DNA of 64,000 bases. Origin: Macrostomum lignano. Lineage: Eukaryota. Made by a program: the position numbers and the translations under genes. Below the pieces are notes generated by a model. That model made no database searches. It was not told the origin of the DNA and saw only the letters and a list, made by a program, of their open reading frames with translations. Position 1 is the stretch's first letter. Each line of letters opens with the position of its first letter. The DNA lies in NCBI GenBank assembly GCA_002269645.1, contig NIVC01002830.1, positions 1 through 64,000 of the forward strand. Direction: 5' to 3'. Below are positions 42,101-53,197 of the stretch, piece after piece.

Positions 42101-42360
42101 TAGTATTAAACGCCCCTTCAGCCTTCCAACAAATTCGGCGGCACACACTTTCTCGACACTGCGCAACGGTGGACAAATCAGCGCTGTTCCTGTTGGAAAT
42201 GAATTGTTTACTCTCACCCTGAGGAATTCATGCACGGTAGATGGTGTGCTTACGGCCTTAACTTTTGCTTACAGAGACAACAATGTATTTCAGCAGGCAA
42301 TTCAGGACACCCCAGACGGTCCTGCCAGATACTTTTTTGAATTTCTGTCAGAAGTAATTC
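39137..42360 (+). pseudogene. NOF-FB-like MULE transposase, spliced, with nonsense codon and LINE-disrupted C-terminal Cys-box
   Basis: Exon 39137-39384, intron to 39471. LGLDSTG (D1), VTDYN (D2), LGRSH (CxxH with C>G), VIVP*GG (probable W>TGA at 41021), FTEAHTERWMGLVK (E), an 84-bp tandem duplication, KKRRGRKP, and TLRNGG...LRNSCTVDGVL (Cys at 42231). Confidence 0.8.
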
Positions 42361-43357
42361 AGTTGCAATTCAATTTCAATTCTGCTACAGTCCTCGACTG
42401 TATCAAACTCCTCAACATGCTGGGTTCCACCAACAAAATTACCCTTAAGTGGGTTCCGGGGCATGTGGGGATCCGAGGGAATGAGTTGGCTGACACTCTT
42501 GCAAAATTGGGTGCCTCCGGCTCCTCTCTCGGCTCCAAACCTCTTGTCTCGATTCCCGGCTGTGTCATCGACTCGCGCATCAAAGCGTGGATCAGGACTC
42601 AAGCACCGCTCGATTTGGGCGAACTGCACTAACTGCAGGCAATTCAGAGGCGCTGTCCATCAGCCCTCTCACCAGCTCCGGAAGCTCCTCTTGCGCCTCT
42701 CGCGTAGAGACATCCGGGCTGCCATCATGACCCTTTCAGGCCATGGCTGCTTCTCCAGGCACCAGTACCTGGAGGGCAACGCCACCAACGCCATCTGCAA
42801 TTTTTGTAACTCAGTTGACGAAACCGCTGAGCATTTCTTCAGCATCTGTCCCACCTGACGCGGGCCAGACTCACTTACCTCAGGACACACATCTATTACT
42901 GAAGCGTGCAAACCCGAAAACTTTAATCAGCTCTTGCGCTACCTCCGGGCCACCCGCAGGGCTGAACTCTCCTTTCCAGAGAGCACCATAGCTGCTGGCG
43001 ACACTGGGGGACCTCCCTGGGCGGCGCCAACCCTCCGCCTACTAAGTAGTGGAGGCGTCAACTCCATGGAGTTGCAAATGGATCTCATCCCCATTCAACT
43101 CAGTTCAGTGGCGATTATCCATTCCATTTTAGGCTTTTCACCCTCAGTGAGGGGATGCCCAAGGACTACTCAAGGACAACTGAAGGACAAGGACTACTTA
43201 ATACGGACGTACGTAATATATACGTAATATATACGTTACTTAAGTCGTCCTTGGGTATGCCTCACCCCACGGCGCTAGGGTCGTCAGTGCCGCATTTCCT
43301 TCTGTGGCGATGATCGTCATCTACATCGTCATCTACATCTACATCAGCGTCATCTAC
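42361..43357 (+). mobile_element. 5'-truncated non-LTR retrotransposon (RNase H + C-terminal Cys/His motif), I-group-like
   Basis: KWVPGHVGIRGNELADTLAK (RNase H), LSGHG..HQY, CNFC..ETAEHFFSICP, then a 3' UTR and a (CATCTA/CATCGT)n tail. Flanked by the 6-bp TSD TAATTC (42355-42360, 43358-43363). Confidence 0.88.
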
Positions 43358-43762
43358 TAATTCCGTGCAAAAATACAGTAGCTGATGAGCTACTCCAATC
43401 CGGATACCAGCAGCAACATTTCCTCACCCACATCGACAATAACCACCAGCACCTGAATACACACGGACATTACTACTACGAGTAAGGTTCCGGATGCATC
43501 TGAACAGGCGCCGAGAGGTCTCTAAAATGTCAATGCCGTTATTGACTTAAACACCACAATACATGTGATTCTTGACAAGAAACATTTTCCCAGAAGGAGG
43601 CAGCGTTGTCTCTGCTTCAGATGCCAATAGACGCAACTGAAATGTAAAAGTGAATGAAAACTAAATGTATCCAAAAATAGGAACGATACAGACTGAAGTC
43701 AAAATAACAAGCTGTGCTAAGACTAACAGTAATAAAACCTAACTGTTGCCAACTGCTAACCA

Positions 43763-43874
43763 ACCAACTGGACACTATAGTAGGAGAAACCAACTGGACA
43801 CTATAGTAGGAGAAACCAACTGGACACTATAGTAGGAGAAACCAACTGGACACTATAGTAGGAGAAACCAACTG
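43763..43874. repeat. 26-bp minisatellite, ~4 identical copies
   Basis: AACCAACTGGACACTATAGTAGGAGA in tandem, with no spacers. Confidence 0.95.
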
Positions 43875-45652
43875 ATGCCAACTGCAGACCTAAATAGACA
43901 ATATAGCAGAGGAAAGCAACTGATATCTTATCTCTAAATGCTTTTACTATATCAACTTAACAAGCATTATAAAGCTGTAAGGAAACCTTGTTTTTTTAAA
44001 GATTCTTAAATATTGAAAAATGTAGCTTTTTAGTTTGATAGTGATAGAACTTTTATATATATTCTTACTTCACTAATATTTTTTATTTTGGACATACAAT
44101 GAATTATTTTTACATTAGTATCTATCTACGCTCGTATAGTCCCCAGATCGCTAACACTGTTGTTTTTATTTTAACATTCTCTCAACAACAACAAATAACT
44201 CATTCCACCAACCAACATAAAGAGGCCAGAAGGGGAAAAGGAGTCAAATGGCACACTGGTAGGCCATGTCCCTCAAAAAGCCACACCTGCCTTGCATCCT
44301 TTATAAGTCAATCAATGTTTGATGTTAGGCTTTGTATATTGATATAATAGTAGGAATGATTAATAAATAGCAAATTCTTTACAAATTAGAGATTCTGGTC
44401 AGTTTTATTAAACAATAACACCACCCTCATCTAAGGTTAAAATTTTTATCTAACAATCAATAAAACATGCAAAAATCTATTATAGTCATACGTATGAATA
44501 AAATTATAATTTAAATATACGCACAATAGTTAAAGAAAATATAGCCTTAAAAAGCAATATGTAAAAAATAAATAAACTATTTGAATTAAAAAGAAATCTA
44601 GACAAAACTATTTAACAAGAATTCTTTTTAAAAACTTTGCTTTAAACTAAATATTACTAGGCTTAATCCACTGCAGCAATTGATAAAATAGACAAAACTC
44701 TTGGTTTCATGTACAAATTTTCAATGCAATCATCAAATAGCAAGCACAAATACAAAGGAAAACAGCTGAAACAAAATGTGCTTCGGTTGCTTCTAATTAA
44801 ACTGACTTTATGCTGAAAAAGCGTGCAAAATATACTAGATTTGGCTCTGGGTAGTTTTGGCTCTGGTCAGTTTGGCACAGGGGCGATTAAAGTATACCCT
44901 TGTCCCTTATATTATTATTAACGGTATTCGACACGTTTGATAGATAACATCTTGGAAAGTAAAGCATTTGAAATTGTAGCATGCTAATTATTATAACAAC
45001 ATGGGTAAGTAATATTGCGAAAGCTTTATATTGTACAATAGTTTGCATAAAAATATTCTAAAAATGAAAATAAACTTACTTAATCCGTTTTTATTGCAAT
45101 AAAAAAAACAATACTTCGTGATTATTGCATGGCGCCTTTGCAGCAAATGGATCTTTGACATGAAGGTCCATTATGTTTGATATAATAAGTGGCGAATGTG
45201 TGAAAATCGATTGGAATATAAAAATGGGCTTTGTAGAATCTATTTTTGAAAATGGCGCAAGTATCGCACTCCATTTACCCTGTTGGCGAAAAGAAAAAAG
45301 TACAGAAACGTACTTTCCCAACCTTTGGCACAGTGTGGTGCAATCATTTCTTCATGGATTCATTTGAAAAGTTTGCTATATTATGTGGAACAAATTATGC
45401 TCTTCAAAATATCAAACGGCGAAAGAATTCATGCAAGCGTTATGCCTCCAAAAGCTATCACATTGCTATTTTCGCACTATCTTCTCATCGGCAATTTTTA
45501 ATGCTCTGTGAAAAAGGCTCTGCGGAAATTGGAGACAAAACCTCGTGGCGAATATTCATAATAAAGAAGTTTATTTGTTAGACATATTTTTTGCGATGGC
45601 GAATTGTTTTTAAAAAAATGATGTGATAGTGATTCGCTAGCGAAACGTGAGT

Positions 45653-45810
45653 CCCGGGGGGTGGGGGAATTTCCCATCGATCTGACAGTTCTTTTGCCGC
45701 GTCGGAACGGAACAACGCAGGCACATGAAATTAAGGAACACTAGCCAAACTTTTGTTGCGCACCTTCTCAAACAAGAATCAAGTCCCCAGCCTTCCGGAC
45801 CGCCGAGAGA
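45653..45810. mobile_element. Fragment of a relative of the TTAA foldback family, split by MULE-3 (5' end at 37084-37098)
   Basis: CGGAACGGA(A/G)CAACGCAGGCACA..GAAATT..TTGTTGCGCACCTTCTCAAACAAGAATCAAGT matches 48880-48990. The left flank of MULE-3 is TTAA+CAGTGGAACTACC, like TTAA+CAGTAGAACTACC at 48823. Confidence 0.75.
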
Positions 45811-48800
45811 AAAAAGTACAATAGTATCAATTTTTGCCTGCTCATGGGGGGTGGGCGGAATGGGCAGTAATGCCTCTCGCCGATTGTGCGAAAATTTCGT
45901 TAAAGTGCGCCAAGGTGCACACAGTTTCAATGTCTCTGATAAAAAAGGTTTTAAAGTACCCTGATCTTGGTGAGCCATTTCTCTCCGATCGAATTTATAG
46001 GCCATATTTTAAAAAATAAAACAGTTGGCTTGTTTGTTGTCATTGGGACAATAAACGATGAATTATATAGTGATTCATCAATTAATTTCTATTATAGTGA
46101 GAAAATTACGAGCTACATGTGATGAGGACGCACTTTTTCAGAAATCCCGCGCTAGCACATGGGCTCTAAACTTACTTGCCTACTAACAGTGGGCAATGGG
46201 CATTTTTATCCTTTTTCTGCGAATTTTCATAAAATCTATACTAGATATAATGTCTGGTCATACTAGTAGTCATAATAACATAGGCGCAGCTTTTTGGGTC
46301 ATAAATCATCGCTTTCGAAGCTGGTCTGACAGCCACCTGCGCCTCACTCAGTGTTGAAGCGGGCGCCAGATGGTCTGAGAGGATGCGGGCGGTAGCTTTT
46401 TTCTCATCATTTTGACAGGCCATCAAGATTTATGAGGTCAGAGCCTATTATTCGTGTTCACTCAAGCGTGTGACAGCTTTGACAGCTATGCGTTTTACCC
46501 CTAAAAGTTCTTTGGGATTAGCGATTAGCGATTTCTCTTCATTATCTTCACTTTCTATTTAATAAGAGCCTTCTAATGTATATTTTTTCATTAATTTCCG
46601 TCAATCCTACGCTTGTTGACGCTTATCTTACGCTTGTCGTTTCTTGATCCCCGGATTGCGACTTCCCCCCATCATCATCAAGGACGAGTCCCCCGGTCAT
46701 CAGCAGCGAACATCAAGTTAAGAGCATCACCTGCTAGCTAACAGCGAAGATTGTGACAGCATCATCCCGAGTCTACAGCTGCAGAGCATCGAGCCGATTC
46801 GGTCACTGTGGATTACCTGGTCTCCGGCTGTTGAGTTTCTGATTGGTTGGGTGAGAGGCTACCTAGGCTTGCTTGATTGGGTGATCCCCTATCTGTCCCC
46901 TGTTTCAGTAGCTGAATTAGGCGCACACTTTTGCTCATTTTGTTCAGTAGTGCTGTTGCTGAGGCAGAAATCACTTAATAATACTGCTAGTAGTCTGAAA
47001 CTCCAATTCAATCTGAGGTGTGAAGCGATCTAAGGAGAAGGTTAAATCTAACAGTTACTTTTATCGGTTTTATTTCTTTGTTCGCCGATGGCTCAGATGA
47101 GTAGCTAAGCTAGTAGGCGCCGGTCACAGTGGACCAATGGCAAGGCAGTTCTCAGTCGATCAATCTATCAAATCAGTTAGCGAAACTGCCAGGAGTGCAG
47201 AATCGGCGCCAGAGATGTACCCTGTGCACTCTAGGGTAGCCAAGCGGCTCGGGTAATGAATCATGCCAGGCCTCTGAAGTTCGAGTTAGTCTATCATCAG
47301 CGCTATGAGAGGCTAGTTGGCGCGTTGAAGGCCAAAAGTACATATCTTCGTATTTAGCAATGTAATAGTACATGTAGCTACCCCATAGACTCGCCACCGC
47401 AAGAATCCCCTGCAAAAGTCCCCTGCACAAGTCCCCTCTGTACCTGCATGGCCAATGCGATCTAGTCCCAGCAGTGTCCCTTATCATCGGCTATGACTTC
47501 GAGATTGACAGCAAAAAGACACTAGTTGGCAGGTAAGTGCAAAGCCCCTTCTAGTCGGAAGCCCGATTTCGAGAGTCCCGGTGTGGTGAGCCAGGACGCA
47601 CGGGCTGGTGGCAGCAAGTTAGTTGATCTGCGGATTAGCTAATTTCTACTTTCAAAATTCTCCCTGCTCGTCTCTCGCTGTCCCTCTCTTAGCTATAGGA
47701 CCTAGACTGCTCGCCACACGATCAAGCTACCATGGGGCTGACCATCTGACAGGAGTGGGGGGCCAGGTCTCTAATTGATTTATTTCTGAGCCTGAGGCCC
47801 GAAGGCTTCCCTAACAAGGAGCCCGAAGGTCGAAACCCATCACATGTAAATAATACCGTTTCTCGCGCGGGATGCCATATGCCAGCCAGTTGCGCGTAAC
47901 TTGCAGTTTCGATCAGAGAGAAATGGCACACTAGATCAGGGTGGATCCTTATGCAATGTCCCTGAATGTATTCTCGCATAGCGCGATTTAATTACTCGCA
48001 CTAAATTACAAGGATCTTGTTAATTAACTGTTTAGACTTTAGAGATTAATAGAGATACATGTAAAAACGATTTTCTTGGTAGCTAAAACAGCGCATACGA
48101 ACTATATTCTACCTTTTATGCATTGGAAAACAATCGAAAAGCTTCTACAAAGTTTTGCTTTTGTGAAAAAACACACACTACGAGCGTATTGCCAAAAGCA
48201 TATACAAACATTGCAGAGCTTTTTCGAATTTACATAAGCTTTTTTCTAGAAAAAGTGTATCTAATATCATTTCTAGCACGTGTTCTCCGCCAGCCAGGCA
48301 TTTGTCGCAATTTACACAATCTAAATTTTTTGGTGGAACCTGATCTGAACACTGCAGTTGACACTGACGCAGATTTATCCGGAAATGTAGAGAATTCGTG
48401 CGAATTCCGTTAGACTCATTGTTCCCTATCTAAACCCAGGTAAGGCTTCAGTGTTTGAACGAACCTCAAATCCTGTTGTGAAACTCGAATAAAGAAATCA
48501 ACATGTAGGCAGCTGCAATTAGTTGCGAGAGTTTGCATCCGCCCGGCATCGGGTTTGTGCGACATGTAAACATTTATCTTGGCAACTGCAAACTCTGATA
48601 TTTAACACCGATCCAGACGGGGCCAACTTAGCGTTTTCCCAACGAGTTTCAGTTTTTAGTGGAAAATAAAGGATTTACATGTAGCTCTGCCTTATATTGA
48701 GATTAAAAGTGGGCTCAATTTCGTTGACCGCATAATATAGCCAACAAATTATTCACTTGTCAGCCTATAAGGGATCGTGGCTGATATGTCAGGGCTTAAT

Positions 48801-48826
48801 TGTAGGAACGTTGATTGTTTATTTAA

Positions 48827-50047
48827 CAGTAGAACTACCAAGAGGGGGGGAAAAATTTCCCCCCCCTGACAATTTTTTTTGCTGCGCCGGAACGGAGCAA
48901 CGCAGGCACACGAAATTCAAGAACATGGGCTAACTTTTTGTTGCGCACCTTCTCAAACAAGAATCAAGTTGCCAACCCTCCGGACCGTCGAGATATTCGA
49001 CGATTCTGCCAGAAGGTCGGATTTTTCCCATAAGCGCTAGTGTATTCAGTACACCCCTGTGCGCCAATTAGCACTGCGCCTCAGTGCAGCCTTGCCAAGT
49101 CTCCAAATTTCATCAGCACGTCGACCAAATGTGTCTGCATCAGCTCTGACTTCGTTGGTTACTGGCCTTCACCGAGACGGAGCTTCTAGACCTTCAACAG
49201 GTGGCACCAGGTGACTATGAACACCTTGATGCGAATTTCTCTAGTTTCGCCGATCAAGCCTCGACAGTAGGCAAGCCTCAACTGCTGGACATCCTCAGCT
49301 AGTCTCTCAAGCATTCCGTCATCATCCCGACACCGACGGCACCTTCAACAGGTGGCATCAGGTGACTATGGACGTCCTTTTGCAAATATGTCAGGTCTTT
49401 CTTATCAAGCTTCAATAATGGGCAAACCTCAACCGACGGACATTGAAAGACCTGACATATTTGCAAAAGGACGTCCATAGTCACCTGATGCCACCTGTTG
49501 AAGGTGCCGTCGGTGTCGGGATGATGACGGAATGCTTGAGAGACTAGCTGAGGATGTCCAGCAGTTGAGGCTTGCCTACTGTCGAGGCTTGATCGGCGAA
49601 ACTAGAGAAATTCGCATCAAGGTGTTCATAGTCACCTGGTGCCACCTGTTGAAGGTCTAGAAGCTCCGTCTCGGTGAAGGCCAGTAACCAACGAAGTCAG
49701 AGCTGATGCAGACACATTTGGTCGACGTGCTGATGAAATTTGGAGACTTGGCAAGGCTGCACTGAGGCGCAGTGCTAATTGGCGCACAGGGGTGTACTGA
49801 ATACACTAGCGCTTATGGGAAAAATCCGACCTTCTGGCAGAATCGTCGAATATCTCGACGGTCCGGAGGGTTGGCAACTTGATTCTTGTTTGAGAAGGTG
49901 CGCAACAAAAAGTTAGCCCATGTTCTTGAATTTTGTGTGCCTGCGTTGCTCCGTTCCGGCGCAGCAAAAAAAATTGTCAGGGGGCGGAAATTTTTCCCCC
50001 CCTCTTGGTAGTTCGACGGGCGGAAAAATGGCTTGGTATTCCTACTG
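48827..50047. mobile_element. TTAA-flanked non-autonomous foldback element: 570-bp near-perfect inverted arms around a 43-bp spacer
   Basis: 48832-49401 is the reverse complement of 49445-50014 (about 2 mismatches seen). Termini CAGTAG/CTACTG; TTAA at 48823-48826 and 50048-50051. Confidence 0.9.
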
Positions 50048-50413
50048 TTAATGAGAGCAAGGCGGTGGTTCGTTTGGTTGTTTATCGACGGTAATTAGAT
50101 CGGGGATTCAAAGAGAGAAAAAGGAGGCGTGATTCATGTCACTGCCGTTGCTGTATATTTACAAACTTATAAAGCTTTCCGGAAATTTCTAGAAAGATTG
50201 AACGCATCTTAACAAATCGATTAAACACTTAATTATATACGTTGCGCAAATACAAGTAGAATATTAACAGTTAAGTATTTATTAATTATATAGTATTAAT
50301 AATGCGTACCTTATAGATAAGCTGCTAACCCGAAGAAGTTTCTGGAAATATAAATGAGTTTTTGACTTATAGAAATCTGATGAAATTTCTAGAAATTTAT
50401 TAAAGTACGCTAC

Positions 50414-50876
50414 AGGCTCATCAGGGAGTTGCTGAGATGTCAAGGATCATCGGGGAAGTTGCTGAGATTTCTAGGCTCATCGGGGAGTTGCTGAGATTTC
50501 AAGGCTCATCGAGGTGTTTCTAATATGTCAAGGATCATAGGGAAGTTTTTAATATATCAAGGCTCAAGAGGAGTTGCTGAGATGTCAAGGCTCAAGGGGA
50601 GTTACTAAGATGTCAAGGCTCAAGGGGAGTTACTGAGATGTCAAGGTTCATAGGAAGTTTCTAATATGTCAAGGCTCAAGAAGAGTTGCTGAGATTTCAA
50701 GGCTCATGGGGGAATGGCGGAGATGTCTAGGCTAACGGGGAGTTGCTGAGATATTTAGGCTCGTAGGGAAAATTGCTATGACGTCAAGGCTCATGGATGA
50801 ATTTCTGAGACGACAAAACTCACGGGGAATCGCTGAAATTTTGTGACTCTTGGGGGAAACTGCTGAGATGTCAAAA
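50414..50876. repeat. Degenerate ~29-bp minisatellite (~16 copies)
   Basis: Consensus approximately GGGGAGTTGCTGAGATGTCAAGGCTCATC with 28-30-bp period. Confidence 0.85.
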
Positions 50877-51189
50877 CTTTATAGCGTCAACGATTCAAAA
50901 GAAGATTCTATTTGTACAAGGAAACTAGAAAAAAAAGTTACGCAACACGCAACTAAGAAGTCCAACATCTAGTTGGCATGACAACCGATTCCCCATCGTG
51001 ATAAAGAGCTATCAAACAATGGAAAACTCAGTCGAGTTTCTTCCATTTATTATTGGCTGATATTTTTTAACTATCCCCTATACGAGCGTACATATAAGAG
51101 GTGTGCGACAACTTCGCACCAATAGATAAAAAAGAATAAATAGCAAATCAGGAAGCCCTGTTTAGAGTGATAATTTTCCCACATCTAAA

Positions 51190-51936
51190 ATGAGCAAGAT
51201 CGCGTTCATATCGGTTTTCTTAATAAAAATCACTATGTTGTCGCTGATGGTTTTTAGCACTAGTCAGCAACTGTACCATCGGATTAATGGAAGCCTCTGT
51301 ATCAAAACAGAGTTCGTTGAGTCCTACTCGAACGAGGCAAGCAATATCAGGTGCGCCTCCCTGTGCACCAGAAATGAGCGCTGTCGGGCGTTCAGCTCAA
51401 CTGATGGTCCGTGCCAGCTGTTCGTGTTCGACAAGTGCAGCAAGTCAGTGCGAGACTGCGGCTGCTCCAGGAGAGGTCAGGTGTTCGTGAAGCAGCTGCC
51501 GGTACTCGAGGCAGGCGAGCTGTGTCCCTCTGGGTACGGCATGGACCTGTGCGGAGTGAAGTACAGACTGTACTCTGGCATCGGGACGTGGTAGCCGAGC
51601 AGACAGAAGTGCGAGTCTGAGAGAGGCCTGGTCATCATGGCCGACGTGACCAGCGCAGAGGAGAAGAGCCGCGTTGACTCAATCTTTGATATCAACGCTA
51701 GGAAGCCATTCTGGCTCGGAGGCTACCAACCAGAAGGCAATACTGAGCCAGCAGGAGGATGGTACTGGATCGGCTGCAACGTCACTGTAAACGGTTTTGT
51801 ATGGGCATCTGGAGAGCCCAATAACGGCAACAATCGAGAAAATGTAACCATAAAGTACATATCTAGCGGCCTGAGGGATACAGAAGTAACCCTGAGGGAT
51901 GTTCGGGACGGCAATTTTTTCAGGGTTTGGGGTTAA
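51190..51936 (+). pseudogene. Secreted PAN/apple-like + C-type lectin domain protein, intronless, with one in-frame TAG
   Basis: Hydrophobic N-terminus; IRCASLCTRNERCRAFS..C (PAN-like); CPSGY..YRLY..TW*..C..G..MADVTSAEE; FWLGG; WYW; WASGEPNN (EPN motif). TAG at 51592-51594 is in frame with the downstream ORF. Terminal CTLD cysteines are absent. Confidence 0.75.
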
Positions 51937-52615
51937 CCTCGAACCCCGAACACTGAATCCGGTACCAAACCTGACCCCAAACCCCGAACACCCCTACTCA
52001 TGCTGAACCTTTCCAAAAGCTGATTCAACAAACTGTGAAACTGGATTTGCTTCGTTATACTATTTAATCACTGTATAGTCCAGCTACCCGTGAAGCATTC
52101 TGACCTACACCGCTGGCTAAATGAGTTTTCACATTGACGACGTTTATAGGATGGAGAAAGTGCATGGACTGCCGCACGGGCTAGCTAACGGCGTTGCAAT
52201 ACCATCAACCATCAGTACGAGCTATCAAACTCTATTTACGAAACACTAGCTATACTTCAAACATATTAATCGAATAGTTGGCTTGAGAACTATTTCACTA
52301 GCAAAATACGTTATTTTACTCGTGAATTCTTCTTCATGGAAAAATCTGTTTTATTCTTTATTCCTAATCAGAGACTATCATCAAAATTAAAGTGTAAGTT
52401 CCTCAGATACGAGTACATTACTTTACTATCGGACATAGCTACGAGAGTAGCTTTATTTCGATCGCCGCAACATCCTCGTTATTAAATCTCCGTAAACTGC
52501 CAAAATCCTTAGTTCCAGGTGCAATTTGTTCCTCTTATGGGTAAAAGCGAGCGTCGTATTTTAAATAGCTCACCTAATTTCAGGAGTTTGAATCGCAACT
52601 GCTAGCCAAAAGATG

Positions 52616-53168
<553 letters not shown>

Positions 53169-53197
53169 ATTTAATGCCACTCTGGCCAGTGCTAGCT

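Larger units (their letters stand above)
37099..45652 (+). mobile_element. MULE-3: NOF-like Mutator element with ~690-bp TIRs
   Basis: TIRs 37099-37787 and 44966-45652 (ACTCACGTTTCGCTAGCGAATC / GATTCGCTAGCGAAACGTGAGT) enclose a DDE transposase. No 8-9-bp TSD was seen. Confidence 0.88.

Noticed and set aside
41331-42632. Single native 433-aa gene ending in RNase H
   Set aside because: The TAATTC TSD and 3' tail show that the RNase H part is an inserted LINE.
48130-48420. Minus-strand Cys-containing frame (INLRQCQLQC..) as a PAN-domain exon
   Set aside because: No start, no convincing splice partners and incomplete Cys spacing.
48827-50047. Hairpin telomere of a linear replicon, or the 61-aa ORF 49299-49484
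   Set aside because: It is embedded in chromosomal DNA with TTAA on both sides; the ORF only crosses the palindrome centre.
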